Assembly: GCA_035063585.1 (NCBI GenBank)
Contig: JAPSGB010000019.1
Location: 1 to 64,000, forward strand
DNA length: 64,000 nucleotides
Direction of reading: 5' to 3'
Source of the DNA: Polyangiaceae bacterium
Lineage (GTDB): Bacteria; Myxococcota_A; Polyangia; Polyangiales; Polyangiaceae
The position numbers and the translations under genes were made by a program. The notes under the pieces were generated by a model. That model saw only the letters and a list, made by a program, of their open reading frames with translations. It searched no databases and had not been told where the DNA came from. Numbering within the stretch: the stretch's first letter is position 1; each line of letters starts with the position of its first letter. This document shows positions 29,424 to 38,240 of this stretch, in pieces.

Positions 29424-30260
29424 ATGAAGCAACGACGTATCGCCATGCTCGGCGCAGGCAACATGGCCGGCGCGCTCATCCGCGGCCTCCTCGCGTCGCG
29501 GACGGTCGAGCCGAGCCAGCTCCGCGCGAGCGACGTCCGGCGCGAGCGGCTCGAAGAGCTCGAGCGCGAGCACGGCATCGCCACCACCACCGACAACCTC
29601 GAGCTGGTCCGCTGGGCGGACGTGATCGTGCTCGCCGTGAAGCCGCAGGTCATCGATCGCGTGCTCGACCAGGTCGGGCAAGAGCTTCGCGCCGGCGAGC
29701 TCGTCATCTCGATCGCGGCTGGCGTCCCCATCCGCGCCCTCGAGGGGCGCCTGCCGCCGGGCGTCGCGGTGATCCGCGCCATGCCCAACACGGCGGCCAC
29801 CGCGCTCGCCGGCGCTACCGCGCTGGCGCCCGGCCTTCACGCGGGCGCGGACGACATCGCGCTCGCGACCTCGTTCTTCGACGCGGTCGGCCGCACCGTC
29901 GTGCTCGACGAGACGCTCATGGACGCGGTCACCGGGCTCTCGGGCAGCGGCCCGGCCTACATCATGCTGATGATCGAGGCGCTGGCCGACGGCGGGGTGA
30001 AGGTCGGGCTGCACCGCGACACCGCGCTCCTGCTCGCGGCGCAGACGGTCTACGGCGCGGCGAAGCTCCTGCTCGACACCGGCGAGCACCCCGGCCGGCT
30101 GAAGGACATGGTGACGAGCCCCGGCGGCACCGCCATCGCGGGGCTCCACACGCTCGAGTCCGGCGGGCTACGCCGCACCCTCATCGACGCGGTCGAGTCC
30201 GCGACCAAACGCTCGACCGAGCTCGGCGAGCTGATGGCCGCCAAGCTCACGCGGCGCTGA
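29424..30260 (+). CDS. proC: Pyrroline-5-carboxylate reductase
   Basis: GAGNMA, LAVKPQ, ISIAAG, RAMPNT, GLSGSGPAY, VTSPGGT. Confidence 0.97.
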   Translation: MKQRRIAMLGAGNMAGALIRGLLASRTVEPSQLRASDVRRERLEELEREHGIATTTDNLELVRWADVIVLAVKPQVIDRVLDQVGQELRAGELVISIAAGVPIRALEGRLPPGVAVIRAMPNTAATALAGATALAPGLHAGADDIALATSFFDAVGRTVVLDETLMDAVTGLSGSGPAYIMLMIEALADGGVKVGLHRDTALLLAAQTVYGAAKLLLDTGEHPGRLKDMVTSPGGTAIAGLHTLESGGLRRTLIDAVESATKRSTELGELMAAKLTRR

Positions 30261-30261
30261 G

Positions 30262-33168
30262 CTACTCCGTCCAGCTGAGCTCGGCTGGCGCCATGGTGCG
30301 GTAGCGCTTGTCGATTTCGTCCATCAGCTCGAGAAACCAGTGCTCGATCTTCGGCCCGCTCTCGCGGACGCTGTCGGTGTAGAACGTCCCCCGGATACAC
30401 TCGGCGCCCTTCTGCCCGACGCGACAGCGGCCATCCACGTAGACCAGGATCGCCTTCGGCAGGCGCTCCGCGGAGGAGTCGGCCGCCGCGTTCATCCAGT
30501 TCTTCAAGAAGACGATGGCCGCCTTCAGATCCTCCGGCGTCTGGCCGTAGCCGTGGAGGAGATAGATGACCGGGTAGCGCTTGTGCTGGCTATTGGCGTT
30601 GGCGTAGCCGGGCGGCACGTTCACGCTCACCGGGCCCGTCCGGCCGAGCGTGTCGGTGAAGGTGAAGTCGCACCCGCCGGTCACCTCGCACGGGTCGGCG
30701 TCGGCGCTCGGATTGAGCTGGGAGTCCTCGTCGAGCGTGTGCGGCGCGTCCGGCCAGCGTGAGCCGATGTAATAGAGCGCGGACTGCAGGCGACGCGCGA
30801 TGTCGTCGGCCGTCCCCACGTGCTGCCCGGTACCCGACTGGATGTCCTGCGGGGTCGGATCGATGGGGCCGTAGCGGAGGAGCACGCCGCTCGGGATGTC
30901 ACCCCAGGCGTTCACGCCCGGCACGAACGACTTCTGGTTGCCCCAGATCTGCCCCGGGATGCGATCGAACTGGGTGTAGTAGTGCACGATCGGGCCGCGC
31001 CCGGACCACGCGCCGGCGAGCGCCTGCGCGTCCACCGCGAAGTTGAAGAGGTCGCGGGTGCCGCCGTCGGTCCACATGTCGAGCCGTCGCATGGCGGCGT
31101 CATCGAACGGCTTGGGCTGCGACGCCGCCGGGAGCTGCTCGATGACGCTCCGCGAGTCTCGCTCAGCGATGGTGCGGAGCCCGATCGACATATCGAACTT
31201 GCCGTTACCCTCGCCGAAATCGTACGGGCTGGTCTTGGTGTTCGCGACGCCGTCGAGCCCGAAGTCCCGGTAGGGCTCGCCGTCGTCGTAGCGCAGGTTG
31301 CCCTCGGTCCCGAGCGGGTTGTACTGCGGATCCCAGTTGTCACCGCTCGGGTCGTCCTTGATGCCCTTCTGGTACCCGGGCTCGTCCGCGTCGGCCTTCC
31401 CGTCGAGCCCGACGTCGTCGTAGGGCTCGTGGCCGGCGCGAATGATGGGCTCGTTCTCGTCGCGGACGCCGTTGCCGTTGTAGTCGACCGCGAGCGCGAG
31501 CTCGAGGGGGACGCCGTTACCGGTGTCTTGCCAAGTGTTCGCCCACGGCGAGAGATCCGGCTGCTGCGGCGAGCCGTCGCACACCGTGATGACCGGCCAG
31601 GTCCCCTTGGGGTTGAACTCGTCGTCGTAGTAGTTCTGAAGCGTGAGCGGGTGCGAGCAGCGCTCGATGGGGCACTGGCGCTCGAGCTCCTGTTGCGCGG
31701 CCTTGTCCGGTCCGTCGAGCGGATCGACCCACACCGAGCACTGTCGCCCCGGGTGGTCGCCCACCACCGAGGGGTCGTCCGGCGAGACCCCCGCGGGTAG
31801 GTTCTCGGCGTCGGGCGCCGGGTTGTACCCGTTCATGTTGCCGAACATGAGCGACAGGTCGCGGAAGATCTGGATGTACTCCGCGCGCGGGAAGCTCCCG
31901 CCGTTGCCGTTCTTCGGATACTCGTACCACCAGTGGTTGAAGGTGGAGGGGTGCTGATACGGCAGGGGCGCCGGGATCTGGTCCGGAGTGTACGGGGGCT
32001 CGGAGGGGACGTTGTCCCCGTCGTTCGGCGGGAACCCGGCGACCTGATTGCGCTCGATGTGTCCTGCCATCCAGGTCCAGTCGACGGGGCCGCCGAGCGG
32101 CGCGATGACGTCGAACTTGTCGTGGTTTCGCAGCCCGAACATCGCGGTGCCGCCGCCACCCATCGACACGCCGATGAGCGCGCGGTGAGTGAGGTGTCGC
32201 TGGAAGGTCTTGGTGCCGGCGTCCGCCAGAGCGACGGCCTGGTAGGTTCCGAGGCGCGGCGCCATGAAGTAGAGCTTGTAGCCGTCGCCATCGCGCATGA
32301 TCGCGGGGTCCGCGATGGGGATCACGCGCGGCTTCTCGAAGGCCGGCCCGCGATACGAGACGGTCACGTGGCGCAGCCGCCCCTGGGCCGGGATCGCCGC
32401 CGGGTTGATGGGCAGCGTGAAGGGAATTTCCCGATTGAAACTCAGCGCGGCGGGGCCGAAGGTCACCGCCGGCCCGAGCTTCACGTAGCCCGCGGGCACC
32501 TGGTCCTTGGCGCACGCGATGGTCGCGTCGAAGGCGTCGGCGTGCCAGAGGAAGCTGCCCGCGTTGGGCTTGGTGGCGCCCTTCTGGAGCGAGATCGACG
32601 CGAGCGCGAGCCCGCCGGTGCCGGAGACGGTCGCGCCGTCGCCGACGTGACCCGCGCCGGTGCCCGCGCAGTCGTCGACTTTCGCGGAGCGCACCTCGAT
32701 GGGCAGGTCGACGCTCGCCGCAGAGCCGTCGCTGAGCGGCACGCTCGCGGTGAGGGTCGTCTTCCCGTCGCCCGACCCGGCCGTGATCGACACGGTGACC
32801 TTCGGAGTCGCCAGATCGATGCGCGCAGGCGCGGGCGCCGCAACGAGGTCCGGCTGGCCGGACGTGAACGTCATGGCCGCCGGCACGCAGAAGTCCGGCG
32901 AGGCGAAGACCTCGACGTCTCGCGTCTGTCCCGGCGCGAGGACCAGCTCGGGCGGGTCGGTCCGCAGCTTCACGAGGCTGGGATCCGGATCGAAGCACTG
33001 CTCGCCCGGACCCGGGACCGGATAACCGCCGTCGTCGCCACCGCCGCCGTCGGTCGTCGGCTTGGCGCCATCTCCGTCGTCTGAAGAGCAGCTCGTCGAG
33101 GCGGCGAGCGAGCCGAGCACGAGGAGCGCGGCGAGCGCGGTCAGGGAACGGCGATAGGGAGAGCGCAA
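30262..33168 (-). CDS. Large lipoprotein with a permuted alpha/beta-hydrolase (esterase) domain
   Basis: TTG 33168 after GGAGG; STSC lipobox-like motif; GVSMGG nucleophile elbow; C-terminal RYPVIYLLHGYG; Asp/Gly Ca-binding-like loops. Confidence 0.8.
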   Translation of the reverse strand: MRSPYRRSLTALAALLVLGSLAASTSCSSDDGDGAKPTTDGGGGDDGGYPVPGPGEQCFDPDPSLVKLRTDPPELVLAPGQTRDVEVFASPDFCVPAAMTFTSGQPDLVAAPAPARIDLATPKVTVSITAGSGDGKTTLTASVPLSDGSAASVDLPIEVRSAKVDDCAGTGAGHVGDGATVSGTGGLALASISLQKGATKPNAGSFLWHADAFDATIACAKDQVPAGYVKLGPAVTFGPAALSFNREIPFTLPINPAAIPAQGRLRHVTVSYRGPAFEKPRVIPIADPAIMRDGDGYKLYFMAPRLGTYQAVALADAGTKTFQRHLTHRALIGVSMGGGGTAMFGLRNHDKFDVIAPLGGPVDWTWMAGHIERNQVAGFPPNDGDNVPSEPPYTPDQIPAPLPYQHPSTFNHWWYEYPKNGNGGSFPRAEYIQIFRDLSLMFGNMNGYNPAPDAENLPAGVSPDDPSVVGDHPGRQCSVWVDPLDGPDKAAQQELERQCPIERCSHPLTLQNYYDDEFNPKGTWPVITVCDGSPQQPDLSPWANTWQDTGNGVPLELALAVDYNGNGVRDENEPIIRAGHEPYDDVGLDGKADADEPGYQKGIKDDPSGDNWDPQYNPLGTEGNLRYDDGEPYRDFGLDGVANTKTSPYDFGEGNGKFDMSIGLRTIAERDSRSVIEQLPAASQPKPFDDAAMRRLDMWTDGGTRDLFNFAVDAQALAGAWSGRGPIVHYYTQFDRIPGQIWGNQKSFVPGVNAWGDIPSGVLLRYGPIDPTPQDIQSGTGQHVGTADDIARRLQSALYYIGSRWPDAPHTLDEDSQLNPSADADPCEVTGGCDFTFTDTLGRTGPVSVNVPPGYANANSQHKRYPVIYLLHGYGQTPEDLKAAIVFLKNWMNAAADSSAERLPKAILVYVDGRCRVGQKGAECIRGTFYTDSVRESGPKIEHWFLELMDEIDKRYRTMAPAELSWTE

Positions 33169-33197
33169 GAGGTCACCTCCAGAGGGGGAACCGCGCA

Positions 33198-33226
33198 AGG
33201 GTAGCTAGGTTCGCCGCGGATGTCAC
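33198..33226 (-). promoter_or_regulatory. sigma70-like promoter for the esterase lipoprotein
   Basis: Minus strand GTGACA-N17-TACCCT, followed by a GGAGG RBS and TTG. Confidence 0.5.
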
Positions 33227-33255
33227 AAGCGACCCCGAAAAAGGCGACGAGTACG

Positions 33256-33392
33256 CGCGCGGCTACCGCGAGGTGAAGTAGTGTCCGCGTAGAGGGGCCG
33301 GGGGGGGGACAGCCTCGCTCCACGCGGACGCACTCCAGGTAGCAGCGCCGCTCTGGAAATGCAAATCCGCGCCTCACCTCGGCGACCGCGCG
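33256..33392. ncRNA. Candidate structured RNA (multi-stem intergenic element)
   Basis: Closing helices 33256-33262/33386-33392 and 33269-33276/33374-33381; inner hairpin 33280-33334; small hairpin 33335-33356. Strand ambiguous. Confidence 0.35.
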
Positions 33393-33418
33393 AGACGGTG
33401 CGAATACGACACTCGATG

Positions 33419-33450
33419 CATCGCATCTTTCAACATTGAAACGTGCGATG
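33419..33450. promoter_or_regulatory. 32-bp imperfect palindrome, putative regulator binding site
   Basis: CATCGCA-tc-TTTCAA-ca-TTGAAA-cg-TGCGATG. Confidence 0.45.
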
Positions 33451-33455
33451 AGGTA

Positions 33456-33484
33456 ACCCGTCGCAACCCGGCGCAGCGACGGGT
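33456..33484 (-). terminator. GC-rich hairpin right after the stop codon, possible terminator
   Basis: 9-bp stem ACCCGTCGC/GCGACGGGT with 11-nt loop; no U-tract. Confidence 0.35.
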
Positions 33485-36400
33485 CAACGCGCGCAGCGAT
33501 AGGCCCAACGCCGCCCGTCCGGAGCGCGCGCAGAAATCGTCATCGGCACGGTCGCGCGGCCCGCGGCGAAGCTCGACACCTCCCGCCGAGCTCCGCCGAC
33601 CGTGGGCGGGGCGCCGTCGAGGTCCGCGGCGAGCGAGTCGATACAGAGCCCCTGCTCGCTCGCGATCATGCGCGCGCGAGGGCGCTCGACGCGGAGCGCG
33701 GAGCCCGCGCCCGAGAAGTCGAGGTAGGGTTCGATGGCGGGGAGCCCGTCGAGCAGCCAGCCCTCCTCATCGACGCCGCACGCGCGAGCGCGTGCGATGG
33801 CCGGCGGCGCGAGCTCCACAGGGACTCCCGGCGAGCCGGTCCCGAGCGCGATGGGGTAGACGTACCAGGCAGTGTCCGCGCCACGCAGGCGCCGGGTGTT
33901 CACCCAGATGCCGAGCGCGTCGGCGCGGGTGTTGCGGACGAGCTCGAATGAGAACAGACCGCGCGCGGTCACGTCCGGTCGATTCGGGTAGTCGCGAAAC
34001 AGCGAGAGGTGATTCCCATCTGCGCGGAGCACACGGAACCGGCGATCGCTCGGCTGCTGGACGCCGAGGTACCAGCTGGCCCCGACCCGCACCGCGCTCG
34101 TGAGCTGGGTGAGGCCCCAACGTCCGGCCTCGTCGATGCGAGTGATCGAGCGCTCGGCCTCGAACGCGAAGAGCTCGGTGATGCCGGCGCCGCTGATGAG
34201 GAGTAGGCCGGCGCGCCCGGACGGATCGAGCTTGAAGCTGAAGTTCGCCGCGGTGCCCAGTCCGGGCGCACCGAGTCTCTGCGCGGCGGTGACCGCGTCG
34301 GCCCACGGGCTCCGAGTCACGGCGGTGCTCCACGCGGCGTGTTCGGCGGCGTAAGGATCCTCACCGCGCAGCATCCACCGACCGGCGCGATCCCAGCTCG
34401 CGCCGCGCTCACCCCAGACGTAGCCGGCGAGCCCACGGCCGGGATCGGGCACCATGCCGAAGCCAATCATGCCCGCGTCGAGGCGCGGCGGAGCGACCCC
34501 TCGAAACGGTGACCAGCGCGAGGTCTCGAGCGTGTCCGCCGGGGGCGATCGCCGCGAGCTCCAGCCAAACCCGTGCGGGCGACCGCTCGCCGCAGGGCTC
34601 CGCGGCGAGCCGGGGCGGGGCGTCTCGGGCGGCGCCGGCCGGCCGCTCACGACGCCGGTCGGCCGACACTCGAGCGTCCAGCGCGCGCCGCGCGGGTGGT
34701 CGAACGACCCCGCGCGCGGGACCTGGGCCAGCTCGAACTTCGCGTCGCGCGCCGAGCCGCCAGCCCATCCGACCCGCAGCCAGCGCGCGGAGGCGCAGCC
34801 GACCCGAGTGCACCCGCGCTCGCCTCTCGACGCATCGAGCGAGGTCGTCGCGCCCGTGTCGGGCATCACATCGACCTCACGCCAGTGAAACCCGCCGTCC
34901 ACCGTCTCGGCGGCCACGCCCGACGTCCCGACCGAGAGCGCGAGCGGTCCCGAGAAGAGCGTCCGCGCGAGATCCTGCTGCAAGGCGCCGAGCGCGACCT
35001 TGCCGTCCAGGCTCACGCGCACGCCGATGAACGGACCGGCTCCCGCGATCCAACCCGAGAGCCCGCCTGCCGCGGACTCTACGAAGCCGTCGAGCCAGAG
35101 CCCCTTCTCGACCAGGGCTCGCGTCGGCCCCTCGAGCTTTGGGAACCTGAGCGGCACGGTCTTCGTCGCGCCGTCCTTGCCGATGAGCACGAGCGCGCCG
35201 GCCGCGCCCAGTCGGGGCGGGACGAGCACCGCCGCGCGACCATCGGAGAGCGCGACCGCGCGCTCGACGCCGACCTCTCCTTCGACGCGCAGCTCGCGCT
35301 CCGCTCCGTCGCGCCCACGGATGCAATACGCGTCATGCGCCGCGCGCCCCGGGCAGCCACCACGCACGACCAGCGCGCCGTTGCCGCTCGGCGACACGTA
35401 GCGCGGCTCGTCGAAGCTCATCACGGCGCGGAGCGCGAGCCCCGCGTCGAGCGCGTACACGGTGGTCGCGCCGCGCTCCTCTCCGCACACGAACCCGAGC
35501 CCTCTGCCGAGCGGGATCCCCTGACAGCTCGCGTCCTCCGGGAGCTGGCGTTCACTGACGCGCAAGATCGCCGCGTCGGCGAGGCGCACGCGCGCGACCG
35601 CGCCGTTGGCCGCCACTACCGCGGTCCCCGGCGCGTCCGGGACGCCACGGAGCACGGCGATGAGGAGCGGCTCACGGCCGAGCGGCCCGGCCGGCGGCAG
35701 GGGCGGCACCTCCTCACTCGGCGGGGCCACGCTGACCCACGGCGCCGCGCCGCGCGCGCGCCCGGCCCCGCGAAAGAGCGCGTCCACCTCACTCTTCTCG
35801 CCGGCTCGCGTGAGCGCCCCGGACGAATCGAGCTCGAGCACGCCGCCGGAGGTATGAAGGGTGATTCGATCGCGCGAAGCCCCCGCGATGGTCGCCTCCG
35901 GCAACCCGATCGGGTGCCAGCTCTGACCGGCGTCGAAGGTCGCGAGCACGCCGCGGAGCGGGACGTCGGCCGCGCCGAGCCAACCATCAGTGAACGCCAG
36001 CTGCCCGTAGGCAGGCGCCGGGGGCAGCGGCCCGAGGCCCATGGGCGCGCCGCTCCGCGGGTCGAGCGCGAGCACCTCGCCGCTCGTGCGCGCCACGAGG
36101 TACAGGCGGTCGAAGCCGGGGACGAGATCGGCCACGTCGAACGCGAGGTTCGCTAGCGGCTGGAGCGCCCCCGCCCACGACTCCGCGCGCCACATCAGCG
36201 TGCGCCCGCCCCCGGTCGAGTAGAAGAGGAAGCCGCCGCCGAGGCGAGCCGGCAACGGGGCGGAGCGTGCGCCCGGCTCGGCGGGCAAGAGCTGGTCGGC
36301 CGCGGCGAGGGTGCCGTCGGGCAGCTCGAGGAGCCGCATGCCGCCATCGATCCACGCGCGGCGACCGTCGGGCGGGAGCTCCCGCTCGTCGCTCACTCCG

Positions 36401-36573
36401 GCGCTGCCGCGCAGGAACACCCGCGGCTTGGTGACGAGCTCGGGCGTCTTGGAGGTCGCCGTAGGTCGGTGCGGCGCGGCCGGCGGCGCGGAGCGGGCGG
36501 CGCGCTCTCCCGCGCACCCGGCCGCGACCACCAGCGCGCTCGCCCCGAGGCTCGCGAGTCGTCGCCGCGCCAT
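33484..36573 (-). CDS. Large beta-propeller-like lipoprotein with Asp-box (BNR) motifs
   Basis: ATG 36573; LVVAAGC lipobox; TFDAGQSW and TVDGGFHW Asp-boxes. Confidence 0.75.
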   Translation of the reverse strand: MARRRLASLGASALVVAAGCAGERAARSAPPAAPHRPTATSKTPELVTKPRVFLRGSAGVSDERELPPDGRRAWIDGGMRLLELPDGTLAAADQLLPAEPGARSAPLPARLGGGFLFYSTGGGRTLMWRAESWAGALQPLANLAFDVADLVPGFDRLYLVARTSGEVLALDPRSGAPMGLGPLPPAPAYGQLAFTDGWLGAADVPLRGVLATFDAGQSWHPIGLPEATIAGASRDRITLHTSGGVLELDSSGALTRAGEKSEVDALFRGAGRARGAAPWVSVAPPSEEVPPLPPAGPLGREPLLIAVLRGVPDAPGTAVVAANGAVARVRLADAAILRVSERQLPEDASCQGIPLGRGLGFVCGEERGATTVYALDAGLALRAVMSFDEPRYVSPSGNGALVVRGGCPGRAAHDAYCIRGRDGAERELRVEGEVGVERAVALSDGRAAVLVPPRLGAAGALVLIGKDGATKTVPLRFPKLEGPTRALVEKGLWLDGFVESAAGGLSGWIAGAGPFIGVRVSLDGKVALGALQQDLARTLFSGPLALSVGTSGVAAETVDGGFHWREVDVMPDTGATTSLDASRGERGCTRVGCASARWLRVGWAGGSARDAKFELAQVPRAGSFDHPRGARWTLECRPTGVVSGRPAPPETPRPGSPRSPAASGRPHGFGWSSRRSPPADTLETSRWSPFRGVAPPRLDAGMIGFGMVPDPGRGLAGYVWGERGASWDRAGRWMLRGEDPYAAEHAAWSTAVTRSPWADAVTAAQRLGAPGLGTAANFSFKLDPSGRAGLLLISGAGITELFAFEAERSITRIDEAGRWGLTQLTSAVRVGASWYLGVQQPSDRRFRVLRADGNHLSLFRDYPNRPDVTARGLFSFELVRNTRADALGIWVNTRRLRGADTAWYVYPIALGTGSPGVPVELAPPAIARARACGVDEEGWLLDGLPAIEPYLDFSGAGSALRVERPRARMIASEQGLCIDSLAADLDGAPPTVGGARREVSSFAAGRATVPMTISARAPDGRRWAYRCAR

Positions 36574-36649
36574 CCCGCCGAGCCTAGCGCACCCTCCCGC
36601 TCGCGGCAGCTTGCGGCGCTCGTCACGGGAGCCTAGCGTCCCGGGCAGG

Positions 36650-37642
36650 ATGAGCTCGAAGCGACCCATTTCACCCGGCGCCGAGGAGATCCTGGGCCTC
36701 TATTTCCCGGTGCTCGATCACGGTTTCGTCGCGCTCGTGGACTACATGGGCACCGACGAGTGCGTCGAGCGCGCCGCCCGCGTGAGCTACGGGTACGGCA
36801 CCCGCAAGGCGAGCCTGACCCGTGGGCTGCTCCGCTACCTGCGCCGCCACCTGCACACGACGCCGAGCGAGATGGTGGAGCTCAAGTTCCATTGCTGCAT
36901 GCCGATGTTCGTCGCGCGCCAGTGGATCCGCCACCGCACCGCGAGCGTGAACGAGTACAGCGGCCGCTACTCGCTCATGCCGATGCTCTTTTACTCGCCG
37001 CCGCGCGAGGAGCTGAAGCGCCAGAGTCGCTCGAACCATCAAGGGCGGAGCGGCGAGCCGGTCTCGGACGTCGAGTACGCCGAGGCCACCGCGCGCTGGC
37101 ACGAGATCCGCGAGCGGAGCCAGAGCGCGTACGAATGGATGACGGCGAACGACGTCGCGCGCGAGCTCGCGCGCATCGATCTTCCGCTCTCGACCTACAC
37201 CCAGTGGTACTGGAAGATCGATCTGCACAACCTGCTCCACTTCTTGAAGCTCCGGGTGGACTCCCACGCGCAGTGGGAGATCGAGGAGTACGGCAAGGTG
37301 ATGGCCGGCATGCTCGAGCGGGTCGCACCGCTCTCCTACGAGGCCTGGATCGACTACGACGTGTGCGGCGCGCGGCTCAGCCGGATGGAGCTCGACGCGC
37401 TCCGCCGCTTGGTCTCCGCCGACGGCGGCGCGCTCGCGGCGCGACCCGGCGCGGCGCTCGACGCCGCGGCGCTCGGCGACCTCGGGCTCGGCGTGCGCGA
37501 GGCCGGCGAGCTCATCGAGAAGCTGACACGGGGCGCGGTCCCGGACTTTCGCCTCGACCTCGGGCGGGCGCGGACGGCCGAGGAGTACGCGGCGCGCTTC
37601 GCGGAGGCGGTCCCCCGCATCGATCGCGCGCCGGAGCGCTGA
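36650..37642 (+). CDS. thyX: Flavin-dependent thymidylate synthase
   Basis: AARVSY, HTTPSE, RQWIRHRTASVNEYSGRY ThyX motif, RELARIDLP, HAQWEI. Confidence 0.96.
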   Translation: MSSKRPISPGAEEILGLYFPVLDHGFVALVDYMGTDECVERAARVSYGYGTRKASLTRGLLRYLRRHLHTTPSEMVELKFHCCMPMFVARQWIRHRTASVNEYSGRYSLMPMLFYSPPREELKRQSRSNHQGRSGEPVSDVEYAEATARWHEIRERSQSAYEWMTANDVARELARIDLPLSTYTQWYWKIDLHNLLHFLKLRVDSHAQWEIEEYGKVMAGMLERVAPLSYEAWIDYDVCGARLSRMELDALRRLVSADGGALAARPGAALDAAALGDLGLGVREAGELIEKLTRGAVPDFRLDLGRARTAEEYAARFAEAVPRIDRAPER

Positions 37643-37651
37643 GCGGCGAGC

Positions 37652-38119
37652 TCAGAAGCGGGCGGCGATGTCGAAGCCGTAGCCGGCGCTCGTGATGGTC
37701 GGGCGCACCACCACCGGCGTAGAGCCGTCGCCGGCGAGGGCGTGCGCGGTGGGCAGGAGTCGGAGCGCGACCGAGGGCGCGCCCGGGAGCGCGACGTCGC
37801 GCGTGATGACGAGATAGTCGAGCACGCGGTGATAGCCGCAGCTCGACAGGATCGCGCACGAGGAGTGCTCGCGCGCAGCGCGGCGCGGCGCCGCGCTCTC
37901 GACCGGCAGCGCCGGCGCGACGGCGGCCTCCTCCGGCCGAGCGCCCTCCGGGGCGGCGGGCTCCGGCGACGCCGCACCTTCGGTTGGCGCGGGCTCGGCT
38001 GGCGCGGGCTCGGCCGGCTCCGCGAACGCTGGAATCGCGGAGAGGAGCGCGGCGAGCGAGAGGAGCGCGCAGACCGTCTTCACGCTCGAAATCATGAGCG
38101 CCGAGCTGCTCGAAATCAA
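37652..38119 (-). CDS. Exported hypothetical protein; start uncertain
   Basis: Signal peptide ending AFA-E, Pro/Ala/Glu linker, C-terminal beta strand ending in Phe. Confidence 0.55.
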   Translation of the reverse strand: MISSSSALMISSVKTVCALLSLAALLSAIPAFAEPAEPAPAEPAPTEGAASPEPAAPEGARPEEAAVAPALPVESAAPRRAAREHSSCAILSSCGYHRVLDYLVITRDVALPGAPSVALRLLPTAHALAGDGSTPVVVRPTITSAGYGFDIAARF

Positions 38120-38240
38120 GCATTCAACCAGGCGAGATCATTAGACTCGTGCGACTTATACCTACTACCGGCGCGGATGTCGGAGATCCGCCGCCGAGGG
38201 CTCCTGCCCGGCGAGTGGCCAGCGAAAGCCGACGGAATCG

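Noticed and set aside
33256..33392. Calling this element a retron or SRP RNA
   Set aside because: No reverse transcriptase in the window and only a fragmentary AGCAG match to SRP helix 8; kept only as an unassigned candidate.
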